A stretch of 64,000 nt of DNA from Candidatus Poseidoniales archaeon (GTDB lineage: Archaea > Thermoplasmatota > Poseidoniia > Poseidoniales > Poseidoniaceae), in assembly GCA_038106355.1 (NCBI GenBank), contig JAYODQ010000008.1, positions 3,904 through 67,903 of the forward strand, given 5' to 3'. This document shows positions 8,339 through 17,993 of this stretch, piece by piece. The notes under the pieces were generated by a model, which ran no database searches, was not told where the DNA came from, and worked only from the letters and a program-made list of their open reading frames with translations. How positions within the stretch are numbered: the first letter of the stretch is position 1; each line of letters starts with the position of its first letter. Made by a program: the position numbers and the translations under genes.

Positions 8339-9823
8339 TCACAATATTTGCTGTTGTTGTAGCCAATCGATATCAGAAATGTACAATTGACGAATATCAT
8401 CCAAATTCAGGACCAACATGGCTAATCGTTCGAGTCCCATACCCCATGCACTCACTGGCCAAGTGATGCCAAGAGGCTCTGTAACTTCTGGTCGAAAAAT
8501 TCCTGCACCTCCAAGTTCGAGCCATTTCCCCTTCCATTTCACCTCGACCTCAAGACTTGGCTCAGTGTACGGAAAATAAGCAGGCCGGACGCGAACCTCT
8601 GGTAACCCCATTTTGGCATAGAAGGTTTTGAGGGTTGTCACAAGCATTTGCAAATTTGCATCTGGTTCGAGAATGATTCCCTCAATTTGATGAAATTCGG
8701 GGAGGTGAGTTCGATCGATTGATTCGTTTCGAAACACTCGGTCGACAGAGAAAACTCGACAGGGTTCATTTGGATGTTTTGCAAGGTATTGCACTGTGTT
8801 GACAGTTGTATGCGTTCGTAAGAGTGACCTTTTGGAAATTTCTTCGGAAAAGTGACCTCCCCAACCACGTGAGCCAGTATCACCACCTGATTGGTGAATT
8901 GATTTCCAGTGTGATAGTGTCTTTTCGTCGATGTCGATTGATGCTGGTTGCGACAGGTAAAATGTATCTTGCATTTCTCTTGCTGGATGATCCTGAGGAA
9001 TGAATAATGCATCCATATTCCATCCAGCTGATTGAACATAATCATCGACAAGTTCGGAAAATCCCATTTCAAGAAATATAGATCGAATTCGTTCAATCAG
9101 CGATTGCATTGGATGAGCACGTCCAGTTCTCGGAGTTGCGGCTTCCAATGTGACATCAAATGGTCGAAATTGAGATGCATGCCAAGCATCGGATTGAAGA
9201 AGTTCAGGGGTTATCTCGTTGATAAAGGCAACTTCCTCAAGTGAATCAGAGGCTATGTTTCGTCCTTCGGCTGAGATTTTCCAACTTCTTGTAACAGATT
9301 CAATAAGTTCGACAAATTGTTTTCGTTGTTTGAAATGTTCAAGCATTTCGGGTTCACATAGGTCAACTTCCATTGGAAGATTTGATAAAAATTCCAAACG
9401 ATGAGTGATGATGCTGAGAACATTTTCCTGATTGTCAAAAGAGAGGACGCCTGCCTCTGTTTGCATTCCTAATTTTTTCATCAGACCAATGCCTGGTCCG
9501 GCTTCACTTCGGTCAAAGTACTGTGAAAAAGCCGACATTGTAGGTGCCTCAGATGCTTCAAACCAATTAAAAATACGTTGTTCAAGCAGGCCATGTTGAA
9601 GGGCATAGTCACCACTTTGAAGTCTTCGAACCATGGTTGAATGTTGCTCCTCTTCTTCCACAAGCCCCTTTTCAACGAGACCTTGTGCAGCACCAACGGC
9701 TATGGCTTGGTCATTCCATTGACATTGTTCAAGGATCAATGCAACATCCCATTTTTTTTCTTCAACATCTTTCATTTTGCGAAGTAACCTTCGCTCGTTG
9801 TTTGAAAGATGTCGACCATCCAT
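8339..9823 (-). CDS. pheS: Phenylalanine--tRNA ligase alpha subunit, archaeal/eukaryal type
   Basis: Long N-terminal winged-helix region plus class II core: HPAREMQDTFY, LLRTHTT, RVFRNE, EFHQIEG, GAGIFRPEV, AWGMGLERL. The start could be 9841 or 9823. Confidence 0.92.
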   Translation of the reverse strand: MDGRHLSNNERRLLRKMKDVEEKKWDVALILEQCQWNDQAIAVGAAQGLVEKGLVEEEEQHSTMVRRLQSGDYALQHGLLEQRIFNWFEASEAPTMSAFSQYFDRSEAGPGIGLMKKLGMQTEAGVLSFDNQENVLSIITHRLEFLSNLPMEVDLCEPEMLEHFKQRKQFVELIESVTRSWKISAEGRNIASDSLEEVAFINEITPELLQSDAWHASQFRPFDVTLEAATPRTGRAHPMQSLIERIRSIFLEMGFSELVDDYVQSAGWNMDALFIPQDHPAREMQDTFYLSQPASIDIDEKTLSHWKSIHQSGGDTGSRGWGGHFSEEISKRSLLRTHTTVNTVQYLAKHPNEPCRVFSVDRVFRNESIDRTHLPEFHQIEGIILEPDANLQMLVTTLKTFYAKMGLPEVRVRPAYFPYTEPSLEVEVKWKGKWLELGGAGIFRPEVTEPLGITWPVSAWGMGLERLAMLVLNLDDIRQLYISDIDWLQQQQIL

Positions 9824-9876
9824 GTGGCTTCCACATAACAATGAGGTTTGAAACCTCCGTCATTTCTTTGAGGAAT

Positions 9877-10251
9877 TCATTCTTCTTCCCAAAGTTGAAT
9901 CTCACAGCGAGGGCAAACATAGGTTCCTGGTTTCTTGCCTTCGACAACGGTGATATTGGAACATTGACCACACAAAATCGATGTCCGAATTGGGTTGTCA
10001 AGTGTTGTGTCAACTCGATACATCACTCGACCAGCCGTAGGCAAGTGTTCAGCAGGTGGGAGCCAAGCTGCGATTTCTTCCTCAGACATTTCTAAGCCAC
10101 GATTCATCGTCATGCCAATGACAAACAAAAGTATCCCAAAGAATCCAATTGTTCCCGCCATTGCATACACATTGGCCACAGTAAAAAAAGCACCAAAAAC
10201 GATACAAATCAATCCTGAAATGAGAAAATTTTCCCGACGTAACCTTGTCAT
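9877..10251 (-). CDS. Small membrane protein with C-terminal zinc-ribbon
   Basis: Two TM helices, then CGQCSNITVVEGKKPGTYVCPRCE (CxxC...CxxC). Its start overlaps the stop of the upstream aminotransferase. Confidence 0.5.
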   Translation of the reverse strand: MTRLRRENFLISGLICIVFGAFFTVANVYAMAGTIGFFGILLFVIGMTMNRGLEMSEEEIAAWLPPAEHLPTAGRVMYRVDTTLDNPIRTSILCGQCSNITVVEGKKPGTYVCPRCEIQLWEEE

Positions 10252-11552
10252 GTTCTTCCCTTCATTTCATCGATGGCCTCTGAGATAGTTTTTGCCACAC
10301 GTTCAATGTGATGAGTTGGAATCGCACATAATCCGATTCGCACTCCTCCTTGAAGTGGAACAAGATACACGTGCTTCGATGCGCAACTTTCGACAATTTC
10401 TGAACCATGTTCAGTCTCCAACCAAGCGAAGAATCCGTCATGCGTTGGATTGATTGGTACATTGTATTGCTCACAGGCTTGTAAGAAATTTATTCGACGC
10501 ACGTTGAGAAGAGCATGAAATTCATCAACGCTTTCCAGCCAACGTTGACTCTTTCCCGCATCTGAATGAAGATGACATAACGCATGTTGCGAGACTCTGG
10601 GCGAGGCTGACCATGCTTGCCGGCCAGTCACTCCGAAGACATCGTGAAGTCGTGACACAACATCCTCATCGGGGTGCAGACAAATCAATGCACCATTTCT
10701 CATCCCATAGATGGTGTGTGATTTCGAAATCGATAAGGCAAAACAAATCACAAGGTTTTCTGGCCACATCATACCAGAATCAATCGCCTCAACAATTGTT
10801 TGTGCCCATCCATGGGTTTCTTCTGCATAGAAATGATAGGCACTGTCGAGGAGAAGCGTGAATCCGACACTCGAATGATTGACTGCTTGCCTCATGAAAA
10901 TGTTGAGCAATTCACTGCGGCTATCACTCGGCAAACTTAGACCTGTTGGATTGTGTGCAGGGTCGTTGAGCCATGTCATCACATGTTGTTGTTCACTTGC
11001 AAGTCGTTCAACGGCTTGTTCAAATGAACGATGGTCAAAAAAAGGGAACTCATCGCTTCCATCTTTTGGAATCAGAGGATACGTCGCCATATTTAGGCCA
11101 CAACCATCTAAAAATCCGGCGTAGGGGCCCCAATGTCGATCTCTCAACAGAACTTTTTCACCGGGATTTGCAAAACATTTGGCGGCAATATGCAAACTAC
11201 CTGAGCCGCCCGGGGTTGCAATACTGGTCATATGAATGCCAAGCGACTCAAGTTGCTCTCTTGAATCGCCTAAAGCCAAACTTTTGCTTAAATCGAGAAA
11301 TGCAGGTAAGCCCTTCAATGGTGCATACGAAGCAAATTCCAACTCGTCAGCATTTTTGATTTCATCAATTACAATTGCATTCACTGCTAAACGACCGCTA
11401 TCCGTGAGCAGGGCCCCAACCGTTCCGTTTACTGCATCTGCACCCGATTCGGATGCCCGTAGATACCTTGCATAACAACCGAAGATGGTGTCATCGCCTT
11501 TTTTGGAGAAAGCATGGTCAGAGAGAAACAGCATATCTTTCTCTGGAGCCAT
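10248..11552 (-). CDS. Aspartate/aromatic-amino-acid aminotransferase (class I, AspC/TyrB-like)
   Basis: NDPAHNPTG and PLP-lysine motif SISKSHTIYGMRNGAL (compare AspC SYSKNFGLYNERVG). Length 434 aa. Confidence 0.85.
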   Translation of the reverse strand: MAPEKDMLFLSDHAFSKKGDDTIFGCYARYLRASESGADAVNGTVGALLTDSGRLAVNAIVIDEIKNADELEFASYAPLKGLPAFLDLSKSLALGDSREQLESLGIHMTSIATPGGSGSLHIAAKCFANPGEKVLLRDRHWGPYAGFLDGCGLNMATYPLIPKDGSDEFPFFDHRSFEQAVERLASEQQHVMTWLNDPAHNPTGLSLPSDSRSELLNIFMRQAVNHSSVGFTLLLDSAYHFYAEETHGWAQTIVEAIDSGMMWPENLVICFALSISKSHTIYGMRNGALICLHPDEDVVSRLHDVFGVTGRQAWSASPRVSQHALCHLHSDAGKSQRWLESVDEFHALLNVRRINFLQACEQYNVPINPTHDGFFAWLETEHGSEIVESCASKHVYLVPLQGGVRIGLCAIPTHHIERVAKTISEAIDEMKGRT

Positions 11553-11649
11553 AACCTATGCAGGAGCATCAACTACATTGATTTCACCCCCAAAAAAGAA
11601 GGCTCTTTGCCGTATATTTCTTGAAGGGGAGTGCGCACGGCAGGCTATC

Positions 11650-11725
11650 GCCAACGTAGCACAGCTGGTAGTGCGTCTGATTTGTAATCAGACGGTCGGG
11701 GGTTCGAGTCCCTCCGTTGGCTCCA
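11650..11725 (+). tRNA. tRNA-Thr (anticodon UGU), CCA encoded
   Basis: Manual cloverleaf: acceptor GCCAACG/CGTTGGC, D stem GCAC/GTGC, anticodon stem TCTGA/TCAGA with loop TTTGTAA, T arm GGGGG-TTCGAGT-CCCTC, then T-CCA. 76 nt. Confidence 0.95.
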
Positions 11726-11780
11726 ATTGAACCACTTGTGATGTAAGAAGAATCAATAAAGGAGTTTCATTGGAAGTGTC

Positions 11781-12662
11781 ATGGGTGCTCAGAGACTTGA
11801 CGGAAAGCAATGTGCATCGTCAATCGAAGCAAATCTTTTGTCGAGAATTAAGATATTGAGCAGTCAAGGGATTGTTCCTCATTTAGCCGTCATCATTGTT
11901 GGTGATGACCCAGCATCGCATGTCTATGTGAATTCGAAAATTTCAACTTGCAAGCGATTAGGAATTCAAAGCACCCACGTTGAACTTCCATCAAGTATTG
12001 ATGAACAAGAATTGGTCAAGCACATCATAAAACTCAACGAGGATGAGTCAGTCCATGGTATTTTGATTCAATCTCCACTCCCAAAGCACATGAATGAAGA
12101 AGCGATGACCGATCTCATCGACCCTACAAAAGACGTCGATGGGTTCCATCCCACAAATTTAGGGCGTCTCGTTCAAGGAAGGCTTGACGGAATGATACCT
12201 TGCACACCTCATGGTGTCCTTCGCCTTTTGGAGTGGTCAAAAGTGCCGCTACAAGGAAAAAAAGCGGTTGTTATCGGACGCTCTCGTATCGTTGGAATGC
12301 CACTTTCGCTTCTTTTTGCATCCCGTGGCATTGATTTGACGGTCACCATTGCACACTCAAGAACCGAAGATTTACCCAAGGAATGTGCTGATGCCGATAT
12401 TGTAGTGGCTGCTGTGGGCATACCTGAGTTGGTCCAACCACAATGGGTAAAATCTGGTGCTGTGGTTGTCGATGTCGGAATCAATCGAGTTGAAGACCAC
12501 TCTCACGAACGTGGATGGAGATTAGCAGGTGACGTGAATCCTGCTGTGGGAGAAGTAGCTGCTTGGCTATCACCTGTCCCAGGGGGCGTTGGTCCAATGA
12601 CCATTGCAATGCTCATGGAGAATACAGTTCGTTCTGCAGAACTCATGACACAGAATGAATAA
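11781..12662 (+). CDS. folD: Bifunctional 5,10-methylene-THF dehydrogenase / methenyl-THF cyclohydrolase
   Basis: VGDDPASHVYVNSK, GILIQSPLP, DVDGFHPTNLGRL, PCTPHGV, GKKAVVIGRSRIVGMP, PVPGGVGPMT. Confidence 0.93.
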   Translation: MGAQRLDGKQCASSIEANLLSRIKILSSQGIVPHLAVIIVGDDPASHVYVNSKISTCKRLGIQSTHVELPSSIDEQELVKHIIKLNEDESVHGILIQSPLPKHMNEEAMTDLIDPTKDVDGFHPTNLGRLVQGRLDGMIPCTPHGVLRLLEWSKVPLQGKKAVVIGRSRIVGMPLSLLFASRGIDLTVTIAHSRTEDLPKECADADIVVAAVGIPELVQPQWVKSGAVVVDVGINRVEDHSHERGWRLAGDVNPAVGEVAAWLSPVPGGVGPMTIAMLMENTVRSAELMTQNE

Positions 12663-12685
12663 TCTCATAATTCATTGAATGCAAG

Positions 12686-13573
12686 GTGAACATCGTGGCT
12701 CAAGACCCCAAGGCACCTCACCTCGCAGCAATTGCGAGAATTTTGCTTGGTCTTACGATTGGTTTTCTCATCGTGAACATCAGATTAGATTTGCTTGATA
12801 TTGATTTTATAATTCCTGTATCTTACATTTTTGCTGCGTTTATTCTTATTTTGTTGTACATCAATCATTGGGCATCCAAAGAAAACCCAGTACCCGAATT
12901 AATTCAACAACATTCGGTGAATGATGTTGATGGTGCATATCGCGAAGGCAGGACGTTGTTTGAATCCAGTTCGACGGTTGTCGATGAGTTTGGCTTCGAA
13001 GTATCATCATTACAATCGAACCAAGCAACTCAGCCAAGCACGCAACCATATGTTTTTCAACTTGAAGAATCAAATCAAATCTCGATTGATTCTGCATTGA
13101 CCTCAATGATTTCAGGTGATGCTGCACATCAATCCATTTTACTCTCTGAGTTTCAACCAGCCCCACATTCAAAAACCTCACACCATCGAGAGAGCACGCC
13201 AACCGACGAACAAACAGGACGAGTAGTACAAAGAATGATTCAACCTCAAATTCCATTGCCAGGTAAATCAGAAAACGAACTCACTGATGTCGCCGCCATT
13301 CCTGGCCTTGGAACTTCTCGTCAATTTGTTTCAAACGGTATATCTGAGATACCCTTGCCAATCATTGATTCAGCCAAAACCGCCACAGCGGTTGAAGTCG
13401 AACGTCCTCATGTTGATGAATTACCTTCAATTGATGATATCCTATTTGATGACATTGATGAGGTCTTTCAAATCGATATCTCACTAGACATTGAAGAAGA
13501 CAACGACCCACCCAATGAACAAACAACAATCATGACTTTGGATTTGCCATCGCTCGATGACTTGGATTTTTGA
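12686..13573 (+). CDS. Hypothetical membrane protein with long acidic, low-complexity C-terminal region
   Basis: GTG start. Two N-terminal TM helices, then an S/Q/D/E-rich tail. No family recognised. Confidence 0.45.
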   Translation: MNIVAQDPKAPHLAAIARILLGLTIGFLIVNIRLDLLDIDFIIPVSYIFAAFILILLYINHWASKENPVPELIQQHSVNDVDGAYREGRTLFESSSTVVDEFGFEVSSLQSNQATQPSTQPYVFQLEESNQISIDSALTSMISGDAAHQSILLSEFQPAPHSKTSHHRESTPTDEQTGRVVQRMIQPQIPLPGKSENELTDVAAIPGLGTSRQFVSNGISEIPLPIIDSAKTATAVEVERPHVDELPSIDDILFDDIDEVFQIDISLDIEEDNDPPNEQTTIMTLDLPSLDDLDF

Positions 13574-13601
13574 GAACATTCTTAGGGAACATTTTCGTGG
13601 A

Positions 13602-14510
13602 ATGTTCATGGAGTGGACATCCAAGTTTGATCTTCACTCTCACTCAACGCACAGCGATGGTGAACATTCGACTGAACAAGTTGCTTCGATGATGAAAGCG
13701 AACGGTGTTCAATTTTGGTCGCTGACAGACCACGATACTATTTCAGGATGGCAGGATGCACATCGTTTTGCAATCCAATATGGTTTGACATTTATCCCTG
13801 GCATTGAAATTACTTGTAATGTTGGAATTGAAGCGAATGAAGAAGAATTGTTGCTTCGAGGAAAGGATAGGGCATCTTCATCGTGGCATCTTCTTGCATA
13901 TTTTCCGCAATCCATACTCGAAGACCACGAGCGACTTGACGAACTTCAAAAGTGGCTGTTGCCGTTGCAAACCGGGAGGCTTCCTCGCATGGTGCTCATG
14001 CTTGAGCGATTGGAGGATTTAGGTATGCCAATACAACTTGAGGCTGTCACAAAAAGGGCAGAGGGGTCGCTCGGTCGACCACATCTTGCTCAAGCGATGG
14101 TCGATGCTGGCTATGTATCAACTTCAAGGGAGGCTTTTGACAAGTACATTGGTGATGGAGGCATAGCATTTGTTGAACGCGAAGAACCACCTCTTTTCGA
14201 TGCAATTTCTTTAGTTCATCGATTAGGAGGAATCACATCATTAGCTCATCCATTGTATTATGGCGTTGCAGTTGATGAACTCATTGATTACTTATCAAAC
14301 GTGGAATGCGATGCCGTCGAAGTATTCCACCGTAGCCATGATGATGAATATCGCTTCGAATTGTTGTCTGCAGCAAGGAATGCAAAACTTGGCGTCACCG
14401 TTGGTTCAGATTTTCACGGACAAGGACATGGACACTTGCCCGGGAACATGGTCGTAACCAAAGCGTTCATGCCGTATTTTTTTCAGGAACTTGAAACAAT
14501 GATTCCATAG
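13602..14510 (+). CDS. PHP-domain metal-dependent phosphoesterase
   Basis: FDLHSHSTHSDGEHS (PHP motif I), LTDHDT, later SLAHP and GSDFHG motifs. I chose the internal ATG at 13602; the ORF-track start at 13557 overlaps the upstream gene. Confidence 0.8.
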   Translation: MFMEWTSKFDLHSHSTHSDGEHSTEQVASMMKANGVQFWSLTDHDTISGWQDAHRFAIQYGLTFIPGIEITCNVGIEANEEELLLRGKDRASSSWHLLAYFPQSILEDHERLDELQKWLLPLQTGRLPRMVLMLERLEDLGMPIQLEAVTKRAEGSLGRPHLAQAMVDAGYVSTSREAFDKYIGDGGIAFVEREEPPLFDAISLVHRLGGITSLAHPLYYGVAVDELIDYLSNVECDAVEVFHRSHDDEYRFELLSAARNAKLGVTVGSDFHGQGHGHLPGNMVVTKAFMPYFFQELETMIP

Positions 14511-15264
14511 ATATTGTGAGTTCAAAGAACAGTATAATTGGCATTGCTACAAGAAACAATGACAACGGGTCGGGTGGGGACAAAAACGCACCTGCTACAA
14601 ATGCTCCGAACCAAATATGTCTTCGGTATTGCTTCATGTTCTTCAGTTGAACAATATTGTATCTCATCAGAGCCCTCGTGAACAAAGGTGTTTGAAATCC
14701 GATGATGGATGCAATGACGAGATTGAACAAAAACCCAACATACGATTGAAGTCTCCATTCCGTAGAAAGCCCAATCCCTTGAGCATCTTGAGTGAGATAA
14801 TCGAGCAACATTGGGACGAGAATGGTCCATGAATACCACAACCCCATCATCCCTAAGACGAGGCTAAAAATGAGGTGCGGTACAAATTGTTTCATTTGGG
14901 ATGGAATCCTAACATTCAATTGTTCAAGTCGTTGCTGCACTGCCTGGTGATGCCTTCCATGTCGAATGAGTTCATACAAAGCGAAAAGTACGACGCATAC
15001 AACCCCGACATTTGCACTAATTCGAACTTGCAAAACGATGAGTTCAACAGGTGTTGTGACTAAGATGTTGACGTTGTCGGGCAGTCGACGTTCATCGATC
15101 AACCAAGCGATAACTTCCTTTGTGAATGGAAATGCGAGCGTAAAGCCGAGAAGAAAAACCAACGTATAACTTTTCCATGTTCGTAGAATGTACGACCTAA
15201 ATTGTCGAACAATTTCCATACCTGGAGTTTGTGACAAATCGGAAGGAATTGTGAAATTTGCCAT
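14467..15264 (-). CDS. tatC: Twin-arginine translocase subunit TatC
   Basis: Six-TM pattern with FQTPLF....RRHIWFGAFVAGAFLSPPDPLS typical of TatC. A start at M10 (15264) leaves a 4-nt gap to the upstream gene; the ORF-track start is 15291. Confidence 0.85.
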   Translation of the reverse strand: MANFTIPSDLSQTPGMEIVRQFRSYILRTWKSYTLVFLLGFTLAFPFTKEVIAWLIDERRLPDNVNILVTTPVELIVLQVRISANVGVVCVVLFALYELIRHGRHHQAVQQRLEQLNVRIPSQMKQFVPHLIFSLVLGMMGLWYSWTILVPMLLDYLTQDAQGIGLSTEWRLQSYVGFLFNLVIASIIGFQTPLFTRALMRYNIVQLKNMKQYRRHIWFGAFVAGAFLSPPDPLSLFLVAMPIILFFELTISMESLFQVPEKNTA

Positions 15265-15268
15265 TCTC

Positions 15269-16726
15269 TCACGCTTCTTCATCCGATGCAACTATTTGAT
15301 ATTTCCATGCATGAGATGGGGTAGGGTCAATCCAAGACCTACCTTCCTTTTTGAGTCGATAAACTCTGTAAATGACAAACGCCGTCATCCAAACAGAAGG
15401 AATCGATAAGATGACAGCTTGTGCCATGACATCTTTGTTGTAATCGTTTGAGATATGGATGTTGACGACGTCGCTTGAATTCGACTGAGTTGGTGCATGG
15501 AAGAATATGAAAAAGTACAAGCGAGGTATTTCGACTTCATACTGATAGGATTCACCCGGGCCCAAGGTATGAATTGTAGTTAATTCTGAAATTTTACTCC
15601 AATCCACTGTGCCATTATCCATAGCTTCATCCGATAATTCAACAAGAACCAATGCAATTTCGATGCTTCTGGTTTCATCAAAATTCGTAACGGTCGAAGT
15701 GATTTTTTCACCAGCATTGATTTTTTGTAGAATCTCGAATTTCGTATCGCCTTCTGCGATACGATGGGTAGGCAATTCTTCGAATCGTTCATCTTGATAT
15801 TGTACCGCACCGAAGATGATTGAAAGCAACAACAGTCCGAGAATGCCTTCGACTACGATATGCTTCCTCACTTTGTCGATGTTCACTCCTTTGAACATAG
15901 CCCCGTAATCGTTACGTAACCTTGGTTGTAAATGGTGAATAAACAATGACCCTACCGTTCCAATAACAATACCGAGCGGAATATCCACAAACCAATGAAT
16001 GCCGAGATATAAAATCGAGAACGCGAATAGAATGGTGTTTAGGAAAATAAAGATGTGATATCGGTAATGTCTCCATTCTTTGAATGTAATTCCTTCATTG
16101 CGGACATGCAGATAATTCAGCATGAGAATCCCGGTAGGAATAGCGATGTGCAGGCTTGGAACTGCATTGTCCAGTGGGTCATGAAGGGCATAAAAAGAGG
16201 AATATGTACCATCGTGGTACAACAAAGCATCCATGCCTCCGATCCAAGAAGATGTGACTTCTACATTGAAGAACAAGTAGTAAGGTACAGCCAAAGCGTA
16301 AATGAGTAAATAATTCATCGTCACTTTATCGGTCATGTTGCGGTCACCAGCATATGCAAAATACACTGTAGTGACATAGATGAGGAATAAATAAACAAAC
16401 AGATAATGGAAATTTAAAATTTCAGTGAGCGTTGTGTTGGCAAAGAATTGCTGAATGTGCAAGGTTAGATTCCCTTCAATCGAATAAACCCAATCCGTAA
16501 AGTGTCCAGTTCGCTGTTTTATGGGCTCATTGAGTTCATCTGTTATTGCCTTCCAGCGAATAATGATGACATAACCAATGGCGTGCAAATAGTAGCGTTT
16601 GTCATGAAATTCCTTTGCAAACTCCCGAATTGGAACGGCCATTGACTTTTGATTGCGTGTGAAAACCCAACAGATGACAGGTGTAAACACAATGATAAGA
16701 CCCATCATGACTTCATAAGGGTCCAT
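15269..16726 (-). CDS. PAP2_3 (Aur1/IPC-synthase-like) membrane protein with C-terminal extracytoplasmic domain
   Basis: Multi-TM. PAP2 C2/C3 motifs NAVPSLHIAIPTG ... GIHWFVDIPLGIVIG. About 190 aa of beta-rich extra domain plus a final TM. Confidence 0.65.
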   Translation of the reverse strand: MDPYEVMMGLIIVFTPVICWVFTRNQKSMAVPIREFAKEFHDKRYYLHAIGYVIIIRWKAITDELNEPIKQRTGHFTDWVYSIEGNLTLHIQQFFANTTLTEILNFHYLFVYLFLIYVTTVYFAYAGDRNMTDKVTMNYLLIYALAVPYYLFFNVEVTSSWIGGMDALLYHDGTYSSFYALHDPLDNAVPSLHIAIPTGILMLNYLHVRNEGITFKEWRHYRYHIFIFLNTILFAFSILYLGIHWFVDIPLGIVIGTVGSLFIHHLQPRLRNDYGAMFKGVNIDKVRKHIVVEGILGLLLLSIIFGAVQYQDERFEELPTHRIAEGDTKFEILQKINAGEKITSTVTNFDETRSIEIALVLVELSDEAMDNGTVDWSKISELTTIHTLGPGESYQYEVEIPRLYFFIFFHAPTQSNSSDVVNIHISNDYNKDVMAQAVILSIPSVWMTAFVIYRVYRLKKEGRSWIDPTPSHAWKYQIVASDEEA

Positions 16727-16817
16727 GATTTGCCCACAACCTCCTCAATTTAGTGATTACCATTTTTCGACACTTTTTTTTCAGTATTCCATGCAAATAC
16801 TCAATTGTTGGGAATGA

Positions 16818-17993
16818 ATGGACATTTTTGGGGCAGAGGATATGAGTTTCATACAGAACCCCGAAAACACCTTGCCATCCCTCCGCCATGGAATGGAATT
16901 TTTCGATGGAATCGAGTTGGATGTTCGATTAACACATGATGAAGGATTAATTCTTCACCACGACCGTACACTGATGGCATCTGCAAAACATCATAAAAAG
17001 GGTGTGCGATTTGTTGAAGAATATGACATTGATGAACTGACATCCATCGGTTTCACTTCGTTTCAACAATTCATTTCTGACCCAATGATTCAACATCAAT
17101 GGAAAAATGAAAACAAGATGGTGTGCATAGAAATTAAACGCCCACATCCGTCCTCTTCTTTAGGTGGTGGCATTTGGGGAAAAGAACAACACATTCATCA
17201 TGTTGCACAATGCATTCAAGAAATCGATGCACTGCTTGAAGAGCATGAAATTCCTCACGCCTCGGTGATGTATTACTCATTTCACAAGCACATGAAACAA
17301 TCGATACAACGCTCAGAAACACCTCACCATTGGGCTTCCCTTATTCCCTACATCGTTCCCTTCGGACAACGAAGGTTCCAACGTGGAAAGGCGTTTCCAG
17401 CGTTTCTTGGAACATCATTTTCAAGGCTCGTCAAGAAGCATCATGGCCAAGGTGCTTCAATATTGCCATGTGCTATGGAATATCTCAAACCTTCAACAAA
17501 TTGGATACCGATTGGAAGGAGTGTCGGCCTTCAAGGAACGCCATTGAAGAGACTCCATCGATATCGTAGGGGCATGCCTGTGTACGTGTGGCCAGTGAAA
17601 TCAAGGGTTGAGCATGATGTTCTTTCAGCGGGTCTAAGTGCGTTAACCGATGATGCAGACCCACAATTGACATGGTTGCAAAGCGGTCACGCACGATGGA
17701 CACATCCAGGTACTCAACCGCTTCTTCACGAAGAAAAAGAAATTCTTAATGCAGTTACTTTTGAGCACCATCTTGAATTCGTGTCCGAACTTAAGGAGAG
17801 CACACCTCCTTGGAGGGAAATGGACCGTTCCAAGAAAGTACAAATTCTTGACGAGTGGGCTAAAGCATGGAATCTCTCGCAAAAGGCTGTTGAGCTCGCA
17901 AAGGGACGGATGGACGAGGACATTCCTTTGTTCGCTCCTCGACTCATTGGTCACCGTGGCTCTGGGAAAACGGGTTCAATCGTTATTCCTTGA
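16818..17993 (+). CDS. Glycerophosphodiester phosphodiesterase (GDPD) family protein, atypical
   Basis: NPENTLPSLRHGMEFFDGIELDVRLTHDEGLILHHDRTL matches the GDPD ENT...E.DV...D...HD core. The N-terminal HRG motif is absent (in-frame TGA at 16815-16817). A LIGHRGSG motif occurs at the extreme C-terminus (17943-17966). Confidence 0.75.
   Translation: MDIFGAEDMSFIQNPENTLPSLRHGMEFFDGIELDVRLTHDEGLILHHDRTLMASAKHHKKGVRFVEEYDIDELTSIGFTSFQQFISDPMIQHQWKNENKMVCIEIKRPHPSSSLGGGIWGKEQHIHHVAQCIQEIDALLEEHEIPHASVMYYSFHKHMKQSIQRSETPHHWASLIPYIVPFGQRRFQRGKAFPAFLGTSFSRLVKKHHGQGASILPCAMEYLKPSTNWIPIGRSVGLQGTPLKRLHRYRRGMPVYVWPVKSRVEHDVLSAGLSALTDDADPQLTWLQSGHARWTHPGTQPLLHEEKEILNAVTFEHHLEFVSELKESTPPWREMDRSKKVQILDEWAKAWNLSQKAVELAKGRMDEDIPLFAPRLIGHRGSGKTGSIVIP

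Noticed and set aside
11485-11730. 81-aa ORF in the track overlapping the tRNA-Thr gene. The same applies to 32723-32941 over tRNA-Val and 49205-49399 over tRNA-Asn.
   Set aside because: Each ORF is explained by a well-folding tRNA on the same DNA, and the translated sequences have no protein-like features.
17943-17993. The C-terminal LIGHRGSG of the GDPD gene read as the start of a second, frameshifted GDPD domain (pseudogene).
   Set aside because: The downstream DNA is occupied on the other strand by the intact 3' end of citrate synthase, and I saw no GDPD-like continuation in the other plus-strand frames. It is kept as a circular-permutation or remnant hypothesis in the findings instead.
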